Source: Octopus sinensis
Lineage: Eukaryota
Assembly: GCF_006345805.1 (NCBI RefSeq)
Contig: NC_043004.1
Span: forward strand, 28,396,001-28,460,000
DNA: 64,000 nt
Direction of reading: 5' to 3'
Below are positions 38,445-53,774 of the stretch, one piece after another. The position numbers were made by a program, and so were the translations under genes. The number at the start of each line of letters is the position of its first letter. The first letter of the stretch is position 1. Below the pieces are notes generated by a model. The model made no database searches. It was not told the origin of the DNA and saw only the letters and a program-made list of their open reading frames with translations.

Positions 38445-39060
38445 AAAATAGAATATGATAAGCATAGAGCTAGATTTACTCAGTTCGACATTATAATATT
38501 TTTCCCTTCATACCGTGATTGTTACTTGATAAAGCCATTGAATTTGCTAAATCATATGTGGACCTGGCCTTTATCCTGCAAGCGAAGAAAATACTACTGT
38601 TTAGTAATGGCTTCGCATGGGTAAAAAAAGTCCGATAATAATGAATGGTTCAATGTTTCAATGGGATCGTACGATGGCGCTGACATCTACGATCTTGTGG
38701 GTCTCTTTGTATTAAACACATTGAGATCAAAGTACCCATCTCACCACGTTGGTCTATAACGAGACGACGAATTGGGTATTTCCCATGGTTGAGATGGTCA
38801 CACCCTACATAAATTTAGGAAACAACTTACCTCTACCTTCAGTCAATTAGGCCTTAAATCACAGTCGCTACTAATCTGTCTGAAGTTGAATTTTAGACGT
38901 TTCTTTAGACCTAAACTCCTCCACTTATAAACTTTTCCATAAGCCAGACGAGAATCTTTCCGTATATACATATACTGTCTTGTCATCCCACTTATTTAGA
39001 ATCCTGGCGACTATTCGAGATCTGTCGCTTTCGATATATGGAAAACAGTGAATAACATCC
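38445..39060 (+). pseudogene. Penelope-like reverse transcriptase relic
   Basis: RFTQFDI..., DKAIEFAKSY, FNVSMGSYDGADIYDLVGLFVL, VGL*RDDELG (YRDD catalytic motif with stop), and EFLDVSLDL-like remnants. Confidence 0.85.
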
Positions 39061-39785
39061 ACCGACCTTGCGAGTTGTCGCCAGACACAATAAAAGCGTT
39101 ACATGTAATTGAGGTAGTGTCAAATTAAAATGGCCATCTATGTGTCACATTTAATATATATACATTTTGATAGGCCAGTTACTGCGATCTTTATCCAGTG
39201 ATAACTTCTTTTATGGACGAACTGTGTTAAAAAGAATAAAAGACAATAAATGCAGTCTTCGAGAAACTTTTGGAGAAACACACCAAGCACTGATTTCTAT
39301 TAGAATTGCAGAATCTGACTGTCTCTGCTCATTGTGAAAAGTCTCTTAGATATCTTTGTTTGCTCAGTTCTCACTCAGTCTGCCCACGAAGAGTGGCATC
39401 CTAACTACACTGCTTTAGTCACGCGCTCTTCCTTTTAATACATTTCTCTGATTATTATTACTCGCCGGCTCTTCTTATTCTAACGAGACATTATTTTTTT
39501 TTCTTTACCATACGTCTCACCAGCAGGACTTTAATCGTCTCTTACTGGACATTAATATAGGCTCACTTGTAGAAACGATAGCTTTTATGGAAACCTGTAT
39601 TTCAATCGTCATGGAGGTCGACTTTTCCATCTGTTTTACTCTGTTATTGAATAGATTTCATAGGCTTTATTGCCCTTACTGTAAAATTTTAGCCAAAGAA
39701 AGCCTTATTTATCTGTATGTTTTACTGCCTTTTTTCATTGAAATATGTAATATTTGTATTTTTCTTCTTGTTTGCAGTTGTGGAA

Positions 39786-39897
39786 ATGTACCGCTCTGGC
39801 CGGCTTAAAATCTCTGAGATAAATCCCCATCTAACGTGCATACTATGTGGTGGATATTACATCGATGCCACAACAATTATAGAATGTTTGCATTCCT
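39786..39897 (+). CDS. BMI1: First coding exon of a Polycomb group RING finger protein (BMI1/PCGF2/4, Psc-like)
   Basis: [37 protein letters not shown] closely matches BMI1 [37 protein letters not shown]; polypyrimidine tract and TTTGCAG acceptor ending at 39777; donor CATTCCT|GTAAGT at 39898; 112 coding nt, phase 1. Confidence 0.93.
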
Positions 39898-41836
39898 GTA
39901 AGTACAACCAGTTTATATACCTATTCAACATATTTACATATACTATGCACTGACACATGTTAATACATGTGTGTCTGTGTGCCTATGTGTCTATATGTGT
40001 CTGTGTGTTTGTGTTTGTGTTGCGTGTATTTGTGTGTTTGTGAGTGTTTGTGTGTATCTGTGTGTGTTCATATGAAAGAGGTATGCAAATACAAAATAAA
40101 GTACTCAGTACTTCAAGAAGTAGAATGTTTAATTTAAGCCACCATAGAATCTCTTTCTTTCTCTTTTTATCCTTCTCTCTTATTCTTTTGCTCTCGTTCT
40201 GTTCATATATATACCTGTGTGTGTGTGCGTGTGTGGGATAGGTGTATGTCCAAATATTTTAAATAGGTATATTTAATGGAAAATTAAGAACCAGCCAACT
40301 GGATTTGTTTTTTGTTTTTTGGTTAGTTTACAATACCTATTTGTAGTTAATGTTTTAGTCTGTGTGTGCCTTTGTGTGTGTGTGTGTGCGTGTGTGTGTG
40401 TGTGCGCGCGTGCGTGCGTGTGTGCATGCGTGCGTGCATTACTATGCATATGGTGCAAGAGAATGTTTTCTTCGTTCTGTCAAATTTATTGTTGACTGTC
40501 TTCTGAATAATTTACTGTTTCACGTCACTGTTCATCTACACTTCCAAATGAATTTATATACATTTGGAAATATGCATTATTATATCGATATATTAAAGGC
40601 TAAATGAAGCTATGACATATCTTATTGAATTATAATATTTAATAGATATGTCACAAGCCGAACTCCTTTTGTGTATTGTATCTATATAGACTGTACAGTC
40701 TGGAATATATCGTAGAAATGTTGTCTTCCATTCTACAATGAAATATAATATTGATTATTAACATTACACTAAAGTGTAATATTAGTGTGTTCCTGAAGGG
40801 AAATTAACGTTGGAAAAATACTGGATGCGTCAATCTGAGATAAGATTTATTTTCGACACGGATAACTATGAATTGTTGTCGTTTAGTCAAAGATCAGCTC
40901 TGATTGAGGAGATTAAATGCATTCTAATTTTGCTCATGCTGCTTTTTGCGTCTGTTCACAAGCGCACGTGTGTGTAACTGTAGTGTATATCTTTATTTAA
41001 GATAGCAGAATTTGATTTAAGGAAAATTTGGCTGCTGCTTCTGGCATATAGAGCGACCGCATAGTAGCATTATCGTCGACTCTAAGACTTCTCTACTATT
41101 TCCCCATTATAGGAGATTTATATCTTTAACCAAACCATAACTGTGCCCTTTTTTCTTTAAAATTGTGTAACGTTCAAACTATTATCCAATATGTCCTTTC
41201 CTGGAAGATCTGGTTATTAATTGTATAAAGTAGTAAGGTTCTGTGCAGCCTCCGCATCGAGTGTTATATTGAAGACTATACTAAACATAAGTACATCAAA
41301 TTCATTTTAACACTACGTTACTGACAGTAAATTTATCTCTTCCAACAAGGAGACATGAACAGCCATTCATCTCCACGTTACTCATCGGCATATTTTTATT
41401 CCAAAAGTTGTGTCCGCACTAGATGGAGTAACCTTCTGACCAGTTGATTAAAGCTGTAGTCCACAAGGGAATCCTTAGACAGGTAATTGCCACACTATAA
41501 ACATCTTGCTTGAACAATTTGGAAAATGTCACAAAGAATAAGGTAACAATGGACTACAACAGCATTTTAATTCAGTCGGAAAGTTATGGAGCTAAAAACA
41601 CTATACGTCATTTGATTTTTATATTCCACTACTTCACATCACATTTTCTATTTGAAGAAAATAAGTAGGAAGTTTGGATAGCGGTAAATACCTTCGGTTC
41701 AATTTTATCCCAATAAATATTAGAGAAAAGATTATAGAACAAAAAGCAATCAAATTTAATTTATTTTTTTATTTATGTTAAAAAAAACCCTGCTGAAATC
41801 ATGTTTTATTAATTTAAATTTACATCCACACATACC

Positions 41837-41890
<54 letters not shown>

Positions 41891-44295
41891 TGTATGTATG
41901 TATGTATGTATGTATGTATGTATGTATATTATGTTTGGACGTCTATGTCTAGGTGTATATAGATATATGATTGTAAATATATTTAAATATGTGATATGTA
42001 TAAGAGTAAATATGTGTTCTAGGAAGACTGGCGACAGTGTGTGTCCCTTTAACCCTTTAATATGGTGTCTTACCTGTAAGACCTTCTCGAATAGACATTG
42101 TTTTTTCTTTGTTTTTAATTTATTTTATGCGACCATACTTGATTCTTAACTACCGGCCAGAGCTATAAGTTAACATAGCAACTCGAAAATAAGCAGTTTT
42201 CAACTAGATTAACTTCTGTGTTTCTGACCGACTTCCCCAATAAATTCTCTTGTGCTTTCTCAAAATGTCACTTGTTCCATCATGATTGCTGGTGAACTAA
42301 TCACTTCTGTTTCTGACTTACTTGTTAAAATGTTTAAAGTTCACCTAAAGATGGCGGGGTTTTGTCATGATATAATCGAAGAATATAGCAAGAAAATGAT
42401 CCCGAAACAGTTGTTGTGAATTTCGATCCTACTTGTGTTCTTTATACATTTACTACACTTGGAACCATCCCTGAGTTCGATCTACAGCTAATATTGGATT
42501 GGATACCTGTGTGTGTTTGTGTGTGTGAGTGTGTGTGTGTGTGTGTGTTTGTATGGGAATACATATAGTATACTACCAACAAATGTTAGCTGTAAGTTGC
42601 TTCAACATGTTGTAAACTCAATATTATATACCCAGCCAATACTAACGAATCTAGGTGTATTAACCCCCCTCCCTCATGGTTAGGGTGTTGCACTTACGAT
42701 CCCTGTACCGGGTGTTGCGTTGCATTCTTGAGCAAAACACTTTATCTCACGTTACTCTTCGATCACTTCAATACCTGACTTATACGTCACCGTGCACCAT
42801 TTTCAACATGCATCGTGAAACTGCATCACTATTTTCCTCACAAATTCATTTGAACCTTTTCAGTTTCTAAACTTTTACGAAACTTTTATCGAGTATATGC
42901 TAAAATTCAAAACGTTTCTCACAAAACGTTGGGGGCTTTTTTTCAATGAATGCTCTCCAAGCCGTAAATTTTAAGTAGCAACGATGTAGATTATTTCTTG
43001 TAATTTCTAATGAAACGTGGTATAGTTTTAAGCAGTAAGATACATAATTGCAAATTTACACAAACTGCAACAGATTTCTACGAAAGTGAAAGTAAAATAG
43101 TGTTGTTAAAAATAAAAATAATGAACTTCAAAGGAAATTAAGAAATATTTGCACCATGAAACTGTTTCGCATTATTTTGAAAGTGGGTGTACGATTAGGC
43201 CCTTGGCGAACATGTAAGATTGTTAATGCTGTTTACATTTATAGCAGACTTAAAGAAAATTGCGTTTCACACCTTTTTCTTAGGATGAAGTACTTTATAT
43301 ATATCTCATCATAGATACAACACTTGTCTAACCCCAGTGTTGATTTCAAAGGATCTGCTGTGTGTTGTTGACTGGTAGGAAAACTAAGGTATTTAGAATG
43401 AATTCTTCAGAGTCTTGCAGCTGATTTAAATTCTAGATCTAGTTTTTCTATGTCTTGTCTATCCAATCATCTTACGTCCAAGCATCGTTATTTTGGTTTC
43501 ACTTATATATAGAAGTGATATTCATTCCCAGTGAGATGGGAGTTATACGATGGATGTGCTGCATATTCCGTTTATTTAGAAATTGTGTAGTTTTGCTTCT
43601 CTATATCTTTGTGTTGCTGCTCTTCACAAGATTACTGTGAACGTGGGGTTCACACTCACCATTGCACTTAAAGAGTGAGCATCACCAGAAAGATTCATTT
43701 ACGGTAATGATCTTTCGAAGAACCCGGCGAACACCAGTATCACTTGATCAAATCAAAACTACAACGGATCCGACACTGGAGTGTATTGGCTCTGGAAAGC
43801 TAACAGGCTGAGTTGATCTCTGTAAGGTCTGAACACAGAACATCAAATTCCTCATTGAGTTCCATTTGGTGAATTGTTATAGCAACGAAGAGAATGCATT
43901 TCCGTATTTGTTTCTGCTCTTTATGCTCTGATTTATGCCGTATCCAACTTTTTCTTTCATCCTTTCAGAGTCGATAAATAAAGTTCCAGTCAAGTACTGA
44001 GAGTCTTCTCTCCTTTTCTTTATTGATTGCGCCTGTAATTCAAAGGTCCTTTTCATATCATGTCACGAGGGTTTTGGAACGGAATTTGCATCAAGGGTTC
44101 AAGTTTATGTTGTATACTTATTGCTTACACATTAATCTCAAGAGTAGGGATTGAGTTTGTCGAACATTTGAGGAAATATACGGATATCTTTACGGTTAGT
44201 AAATCTATTTCAAAAGTGAAACAAAATTATTCAACAAATCTTCATATTTTCCCATAAAGTTCATGAGTAGGTTTCCAGATCATCTTACTCGAAGT

Positions 44296-44327
<32 letters not shown>

Positions 44328-44746
44328 TACACCTCTGCAAAAATATATGAGAGCAGGATTATATCTGTACGTAAAATTAATCTCGAAACACGTTAAACGT
44401 TGCTCGGTATTTATGAATTATTTTCCTTTGGATACGTTTATCAATATGCATATATTAGTAAATCATCAATTTCGATTAATTGTTACTGAAATGATATGCT
44501 TCCGATGTATCAGCATTGTTTCTACAAATATTCACAAAAATCTATTCACTAGAGTCAGAATGGCCTTAGGATCTCTTATCAACCTCAAATTTGTTAAGTG
44601 TTCCTTCCTTTGTATTTATAAAATCCAGATTGTATACGTTTTATTTCTGTTCAAACAACTTTTTCTCTTCTTTATGCTTCGAATTTTTTGATAATATATT
44701 CCTTTCCTAGGCATTCATTAATTTGTAACATATAATTAACTATGTC

Positions 44747-44786
<40 letters not shown>

Positions 44787-45019
44787 GAGGAAATAAACAC
44801 ACACATACATTCATTTATAGTTATACAAACGTCACGCCTACAGATATATATTGCCGGAGCCATTACTTACGCACTTGGGCACTCTAACTCTAACAAAATG
44901 GACGAACACTTGGGCCAGTATAGTTCTATGTATGTATGTATGTATGTATGTATGTATGTATGTATGTATGTACGTACGTATGCATGTATGCATGTATGCA
45001 TGCATGTATACATAAGGCC

Positions 45020-45061
<42 letters not shown>

Positions 45062-45744
45062 GATAAAATGGAATAAGGAGGACCAGAGGAGACACATAGA
45101 ACAGAGCGTTACAGATAAGTTTACAAAATGTGTGACGAAAGAACTTATAAGCTAAAAATAATACGAATAAAAGATAAAGTGAAGATCAAATAAATAGTTG
45201 TGTATTTAATTGGCCGAGAAAAATTGTAAATGTATAACAATATCTGTTACAATACGCGTTTTTAACACCAAGAATCTTGCAAAACAAATGCATAAACGTG
45301 TATACACACACACATACTTTCGGTTACATTTGGATATGGAAACTGTACAAGTTGTCTTGAGGGAAGAAATTTTCCTTATAAACAATAGGTGTAAATACAC
45401 CTAATTAGTTTATTCCAATTTTAAAAAGTTTTTCGAACATCAGCAAATGTACCGTTTGCTTCTTCTATTATAACGGCGAACGATTCTCAGTAGCTGTGAA
45501 ATGCGACTCGGTATACTCATGTGATGAAGCATAAAATCCCCGCAAAAACTCATGCGTTCCGTCACAGTATGTCATGGCATAATAGTGTTTTTTTTATGTC
45601 CGAATGTGAACGAACATGTTAAATACGTCTATACACCGCAATATTTCATTCATCTCAGCGTATGTGCCTCCAAAGAAAAGATATTTACAGACTGGCACAC
45701 ACATAAACACACACACACACACATGTGTATATATATATATTTAT

Positions 45745-45807
<63 letters not shown>

Positions 45808-46651
45808 TATATGCATGCATGTATAATATATGTAATAATGAGTATATGTTTATTATTTACATGTAATAGTGACGTTTAATTTTGTACGTATACTAATCTA
45901 AAGTGCACGTAGGAAGGTTTACTCGACTGTATAAGAAGATACTATTTTATAATACATTTCTAAATATACTTTAAAATATGAACTTTTATCAAAGAACAAT
46001 ATTTATCTCTGGAGAATTTTGCTTAGGTCTTTATTTCTTCAAATAATAATTATGCTAATTTGTGTATTAAAATTCTTGTTTCGTATGTTCGTGGACATAC
46101 AAAAAAAAAAAAAAGATAAATAAATAGATATTTTATCTCTGACTAAGAAATATATTTACATTTCGTTGAATAAAATTGAAGTTTGTTTTCAGAATATCAT
46201 TTACTCTACACCAAAATTACCATCCCTTTGTTGAGGATTAAACTGAGAGTGGAAAGTGTCAGTCAAGTGCTGCGCTCAACACTATAAGATTGCATTGAGT
46301 AAGGCATAGCTGCATTGATGCCAACAAACTGATTTTCGTTCTTCTACATTCTAAGATCACATCACGTTGATATAAGCTTAGCCTTTCATCTTATCTGGGG
46401 CGTTAAAATAAAGCACCATTCAAATACTAGGGTTCATTTAAATTTAATATTCCTCTAAAGCGTTCCTTTATGAATAGCATTACAATAGATTTTATTGTTC
46501 ATTCTTCCGAGGCGAATAAAATGCGTACTGGTCATGTACAAGAAAGATTCTGTCACCTTCTCTACTTCGGTGAATATATTATAGATTATAATATTTCTGC
46601 TACTGCTGCGCATTTAATTTTATATCTTATACATATATCTATGTATATTCT

Positions 46652-46998
46652 TTTATTCTTTAACTTGTTTCGGTCATTTGACTGCGGCCATGCTGGAGCA
46701 TCACCTTTAGTCGAACGAATCGACCCCAGGACTTATTCTTTGTAAGCCTAGTACTTATTCTATCGGTCACTTTTACCGAACTGCTAAGTTACGGGGACGT
46801 AAACACACCAACACCGGTTGTCAAGCGATGGTGGTTGGGTGGGTGGGGACAAACACAGACGCACAAACATATATACATACGACGGGCTTTCAGTTTCCGT
46901 CTACTAAATCCACCGACAAGGCTTTGATCGGCCTGAGACTGAACCCGGGACGATGTGGTTGGTAAGCAAGCTACTTACCCTACAGCCACTCCTGCGCC
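46652..46998 (-). mobile_element. SINE group B (internal deletion)
   Basis: Reverse complement of the group B consensus. Confidence 0.85.
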
Positions 46999-48079
46999 TA
47001 TATATGCAGCATTTTTTTAAAAAGTAAAATTGTTTCATATCTAATTCACAGCATTATAGGTTTTGTTTCATTTTTTTCATTGTGTCGTTTTAATATTTCT
47101 CTTATCTGTTGAGTATTTTTGCATAATAACCGTGAAGAGCGTTCGTCATGAGACTTCTGCTGTTATAGTGAGAAAGTAATATAGGCAATATTTGTTGAGT
47201 CTGCTATGATACTAAGATAGTAACTTATACGATCTGTGTTTCGCTGATTGTTTCAGGTGCATATGTAGTCGAAAGTAGATGTACAGACAATCTCGACTCC
47301 TCCTACGCTTCAACCCAGAGACACATCCAGGATGTGTCGGCTGGAGGGAGAGAGGGGATGTATCATCAAATTAGATATTCTGATCTCTCTTAATAATTAA
47401 AACTACGTACTTATGTCTCAATCTGTATACTAAAATGCTGGTTATCTAAATATAGCTGATTATTGTATTCTTCTTGGTCATAAAAACTGACCTGAATTTT
47501 TTCAATGTCTTTGTCAAATGAATAAACGCAAATACAAAAAGTAATGGAGAGAGAGAGAGAGAATCACCTCTGGATTTTTCCATTACTTCCCGATTAACGT
47601 CCAAACTTAAAAAAAGAAAAAAACGCTGATCACGTGCGGGCTGAGGATCTTAAGGTGCTCCAAACGCCAATAGGGTGGTATGTGCTTTCTCGTAACCAGT
47701 CCAATCATTATCTAAATTCTTTTTTTTTATCCGAGCTTTAGTTTCATTCTAGCCATATACAATGAACCTGCCTTTCCCTTCATTTGTTTTGTTGCATCCA
47801 TTCTTCTCTTCTCGTTACAGGTTTTTCTTTCCCCACAAAAAAAAAGCTATACAATTCGTCTACTTTGATACCAGTTAGCAATTTCTAAAGCCTTGGTACG
47901 CGTGTAACACGCCTATAATTACTGCCTTGCCCGCTCCTTCAATCCTTCAATCTTAACGCTGTTCTTTCTTTTGTTATCTATGCTGGAGTTAATTTTTTAT
48001 ATTATCAGTATATAATGGTGTATATAAACGGCTGCATGTAACTTATGCATTCTTGTGATATGTTTTAGTCAGAACCTCT

Positions 48080-48850
48080 TAACAACAATGGATCTAGAAG
48101 CTTCTACTTTAGAATATTCTTGAGCACAACTTTTTTACTTTGTCATTTACTTTGACTCTCACTTTGACCTCCTTCCTGTTACACTCTTGTAACTATTCTG
48201 TTTCAGTGCTGCGTTCAACCTTTCAACTCCAAATATCTAACCAAATGTTCCTTAATGCTTCAGTGTTTAAAAGATTATTCTCCTGATGTTCCTTTTCCTT
48301 TTTCCAACCTTTGGTAAAATTGCCTTTCATCGTTTATGAAAAACTTGTCTTGGTATCTCGTATTTTACCCGACTATGCTGTCTATGTCTGATGCTTTAAC
48401 TTCATGTCTTTTGGAAATCTTTGTTCCCTTTTTCTGCCCGACTTTCGACTTTAAGAATTTCTACAGCGAGAGAAGCTGCATTGTAGAAGATATCACTTTT
48501 GCCTGTTATATTCTAAACTTTGATTTTCGCTAAAAATTTATCCAATCTTTTTTATGTGCTATTCATAGCTTTTCATTTTGAAACTGTTAATCTCGTTCTA
48601 TTCAAACTGCTTGTTTCATTTAATCGTTGAAGCTCCTTTCTTCATTTGTAAAATGTTTTCCCTCCTTGAAGTAAAGCGTATTTTCAGCCTCACAACAGCT
48701 TCTATTCTTGGATGATTCAGTGATCTTTCAGCAATTTCTTGTTCAGTTGTCTCTCTTATATGACCATATTCTTCATCTACCACTGTTTTGGCCACCTCTT
48801 CCAGCTTCAACAATGAAACTTATTTGTGAAAATCCAAACTGCTATAAATA
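48080..48850 (-). pseudogene. Old R4/Dong-like LINE fragment (region upstream of RT)
   Basis: RETTEQEIAE..., FINDERQFYQRL, ALRNIWLDIWS and decayed NWKAPGPD-like remnants. Confidence 0.55.
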
Positions 48851-49676
48851 GCAGCCAAAGTTTCTTCCAGTCGCACCTACTTAACTAAAAAGAACAATAT
48901 AATTCCTGAAAGATAACTATACTGCGACGCCTTTAATCATAGGTATACTCTAGAAGGTCTTACCACAACTACACGACGGATGTGAGTTCTTTTTGCATCT
49001 GTGAGTTCTACAATTTGATTTCTTAAACAGACCTTGATGCACGCATTTCTAGTATAAAATAATGAACGACTCTGGAGAGTCTAATGTTTTATTTTTCAAA
49101 AGTTCCCACGTAGTAAATATCAAGTAATAGGGAACTCTGCGAGAGGGAGCTGGTCAACCATTTTAAACAGAGAGAAAGTATAACGATTTAAGGCAATTGC
49201 ATCATAGGAAGTGAGGACTGTTCTCTGGAAACTTAACCACTGTTGTTGAATCTTAAAATACATGCTCTGAATTGCTCTCTAAAGATTCAGAAAGTCAAAG
49301 TCAGTGAAAGTCTTTGTTTACAGATTTTGTGTACTTGCGTACTTTAAGTGTGGCATTCTTTATAAAGAGAAGAAAGGAAGGTGTTTTCTGAGCTCGACCA
49401 TAATTTAGACATATTTATAATTGTAGTAATGAAAGCCAATATCCGAATCTCTACAAGAACACTCGACCAGCAAGAAAGAGCACCAACTCTCTCTTGAATC
49501 CTATTATTTCTACTTTAACGAAATGGAAAGACATATCGAATAATGTAGCCCTAAAGAGAGTTTTAAAAAAATAAAACAAGACGACTTTCATCCGTTTAAT
49601 TTGGAACGTCTTTCATCATGTATTCATTCAATCAGGATTAACTTGAGGTTAAACAATAACAACAATAGCAACAACG

Positions 49677-49732
<56 letters not shown>

Positions 49733-50659
49733 GTCAACGAAGTTATATAAATCTACTGAAAATGGTTGATCATATTGTTATAATAAAGGAAGTTCATTCC
49801 CATTCCAGCCTCGCTGCTTCTACTCTAATGGAGAATATATATGAAATATTATAAAACCTTCTAATACATTGATTATTTAAGGTCCATCAATTTTCCGATA
49901 AAGTTGATTTGACACATCTATGTATTCATGAATTTACAATAATTTCTTTTTTATAGTGTCCTGATTAACCGTAAATTGCTGATATTATGGAATTTTCACG
50001 TGTTCGAAATTTATTTGCCTTCGATTTACATAAAAGAAATTAAAGGTTATCTGTCAACAGGAATCCAAAACAATTTTGGAAATATTCATGAATCTATACA
50101 TAATAGAAGACAGTCATTCCATGTCGATGAGCTCTCTTATAAATTGACGCCAGTCGACTTAGAAAATTAAACTTGTTTCTGTATAATTACTAAATTTTCT
50201 TGAAATGATTATTAATCCCTTATTAACTGTCGAACTCTATACATCTCTTGGTTTTCGACTACTGCATGCTTAATAGGATAATTAAAAAGTAGACCGCCAC
50301 ACAGCAATCTTGTCCTCGTTGATAATGCAATTTTCTCAGTGAATTGAAGCATGTCAGATGTGTATAGCTATCATTTATCATACTCCACAGTATGTCAAGG
50401 TACTTACACTACCACACTGTAAAGATGCGCATTAAACAGTGCTTTACTGTACTGTAGTTATAAACTGTAGAACTATAATATACTGCACAGTACTCTACTA
50501 TGTTGTATTGTGCTGTAGTCTACCGTACTGCATTACTTAACTACACCAAACTATAGTCAGATATACAGTTCTTTATTGTACTGTATTCTATAGCACGGTA
50601 GTACAATACTATAATGTACTACTACTGTAAGGGTTATATGCCAACTGTATTTTACTGTA

Positions 50660-51005
50660 CTAGCACTATGACCCGGCGTTGCCGGGTCATAGTGGTAGTG
50701 CATGCATATACAGCTGTGTGCGTGCACACAAACACGCGAATACTGTCCAAATCTCCGACCAATCACATTCAGCTAGCTGGTATTCAATTGGCGTATCAAG
50801 TTTCGGTCATTTTTATTGGGTTTGGGATAGAAAATTCACAAAAAGTCAATTCTATTGATTTTTTAATGGGGAAATGTAAAGATGTGCGCGACCACCCTTG
50901 GACGGTTTTGAATGACCACAGAAAGTGCGAGCCCTCTAACTGAAAAATTGTGGATTTGTGTAAAGGACACACACATAGACATTTTGCCGTTTATATATAG
51001 AGAGA
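50660..51005 (-). mobile_element. Non-autonomous Helitron
   Basis: On minus: A|TCTCTCTATATATAAA start, perfect hairpin ACTATGACCCGGC-AAC-GCCGGGTCATAGT, end CTAG|T; no TSD. Confidence 0.88.
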
Positions 51006-51147
51006 TTATATTGCCACTATATTCTAGCATTGACATTCTCCTGACTACTTTATATTACAGTATTACTGTATCATTGTGTACTGAATTTTAATCAACAATC
51101 TGCACTACGGTCATCTATATGAATCTCATATGATATGGTAATGTCAA

Positions 51148-51355
51148 TGTTATCACAGATGGCATCATACTACAGATGACAGGTTACCACAGACGGTATG
51201 TTACTACAATGGTATGTTACCACAGTGACATATTACTACAGATAGCATATTTTACAGATAATATGTTACTATAGATGGCATGTTAGAAAAAACGACATAT
51301 TACCCCGATAACCTGTAACCACAGAGGAAATGTACCCACAGATGACATGTTGCTC
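51148..51355. repeat. Degenerate ~17-bp minisatellite (consensus about CCACAGATGGCATGTTA)
   Basis: Roughly a dozen imperfect tandem units. Confidence 0.7.
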
Positions 51356-51389
51356 TAATGACATGTCATTATTGAGCTTATATTCTTTT

Positions 51390-51716
51390 ATTATTTTATT
51401 CCTTTACTTGTTTCAGTCACTTGACTGCAGCCATGCTGGAGCACCGCAGTTAGTCGAAGATATTGAGTCCAGGACTCTTAAGTTTCGGGGATGTAAACAA
51501 GCCAACATCGGTTGTCAAGCGATGGCGGGGGGACAAGCACACACACACACAAATGTACATATATATACATATACATATGCGATGGGCCTCTTAAAGTTTC
51601 CTTCTTCCAAATCCACTCACAAGGCTTTGGTCAGCCCAAGGTGCCACTCAGTGGGAGGGAACCCGGAACTATGTGGTTGTGAAGCAAGCTTCTTACCACA
51701 CAGCCACGCCTGCGCC
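51390..51716 (-). mobile_element. SINE group B (deleted, diverged)
   Basis: Reverse complement of the group B consensus. Confidence 0.8.
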
Positions 51717-51944
51717 TATTATGTACTGATATATGTCAAGTGGATGAGTGATTGCCGGGATTTGAACCGTGAACGTAAATGATGTAGCGATATGCACCGA
51801 CTCTTTATCAATTCCAATGGAGATAACACATGCACGTGCGCACGCACATCGCGTATATATGTCTACTTTCAGTAGACATATCCCGCCATTATTCTTAAAT
51901 ATGCATTAAAATAATAACGACAGTTTAACATTTACATGTATGCA

Positions 51945-52110
<166 letters not shown>

Positions 52111-53289
52111 TAACTTATAAAGATGTCTTCCCTGAAATGAAATTATATATCTAACGTAAACCCCTATATAATTATATTACTAGTCTATTTTTATGAGAAC
52201 AGTTCAAATTATTTCCATTACAACTTATAAAATAGAATGAAGAGACTACTGAGAAAAATTAAGTATATTGACTACTGTGTAAGAGTCTACATATTTCTGT
52301 TTATGTTCAGGATTACTAAGAATTCCACTTAATATATTTTAATGTCACTCCGCAAAGTATAATGGAAAATAGCAACAATAAGGACACCAATAACAATATC
52401 TGTAATCTGACATAAATGAAAGAGACTTTTTAAGATATTTCCGATTGATAGGATCAGCCTCTAAAAGCATGAACTAGAAAGTTTTAGACAGAAACTAGAG
52501 ATTAACGAACTCATTTAGAATTTACAAACTTGTTAGATCACATCTATTTCCCTCGCGGGAAGTTTTCTATGACTTCAGCTTTTTATAACGTACAAATTAG
52601 TATTGCACTAAATCAAACATACCAGTAAAAATCCTTTTTGTCTGAACATTTCTAGCTTAAAATGATGTTATTAAATACCAATGTTCGCATTTTCGGTTGA
52701 TCTAACAGATTATTTGTTGTTTTGCCATTATTGTACTGCAAATATTTTAAAAGTGACCAGGTCTAGTTCGTTCATTTGATATTTCTGTGTCTAATTAAGT
52801 AGCATGGATGGGAAAATTAATACAGCAACCTGTTTAGAACCATTGTACGTCACTTGTGTTACTTTAATTCCGCCAACTCTGCTAAAAACATTCAAGCCAC
52901 GTCACCAGTCTTCAGTTCACATCCTCCTTTCCTTTCAACTACCTCGGATGCTATAAAACTGGGGATCATTGACACAGCCGTTCTGGGACTAGGTCATAAG
53001 TTGAAAAAGCAAAAAGTAAATATATTATGATTACCAGTGACATCTGCTTCTCTTTAGTTTTTTTTTTCTTTTATATAAAATTTTCTGTTATATTCTCAGT
53101 AAAGCGTGTGTTTCTAGTATCACAACAAACATCACACTGGTGCACCCTTCTCTAATGTGTCTTTATTCTACTCGTAATTATGTTGCTACGGAGTAAAGAT
53201 AAGTTATTCATGCTAAATTACTGGCGACCGTTAGATTATATAGTTTTCCTTTGCATCCAATGACTTCAGAACCATGGAGAATGGTAAGG

Positions 53290-53760
53290 TACTAACAATA
53301 AACAAAAGAAGTGACACAGAATATCCTTGAAAGATTCCTCTCTTGATGTCGACTTGTCCAATTTCCCTTCCACCTACTGTCAATAATGTCTTCCTCATAC
53401 TGTTTTTTGGTAAATCATATTTTTAGCTGCTTCAAATATCTCCAGTCTTTTTAAAATCCACGATTGAGGAACAGTATCATATGCCTTCTTATAGTCATTC
53501 CAAACTATTGATAAATATATCGGCCATCTTCGACAGTTCCTCAAAATTGCCTTTAGCATCAGCAACTGACCCTCGTGATCCATTCCTGCAACCTTTCTCT
53601 TCAGTTCTTTCACGATGGTCGTGCAACTTCTTTCCCTGTATCCCACTTAGAAGATTCTGCATCACAGGTAAACAAGCAAATCGGACGACTATAGTTACTG
53701 GTCACACCACCATTATCTGGGTCCTTTGAATGAACATACTTCCTCTTTTGATTATCCATT
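53290..53760 (-). pseudogene. R4/Dong-like LINE RT fragment
   Basis: IQKDPDNG..SNY.RPI, QLLMLKAILRNCRR, IVWNDYKKAYDTVPQSWI (WIDYKKAYD motif). Confidence 0.8.
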
Positions 53761-53774
53761 CTAGTACAATTCCG

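Noticed and set aside
1-39700. COMMD3-like exons upstream of BMI1 (vertebrate synteny)
   Set aside because: None recognised by eye; not excluded without a spliced protein alignment.
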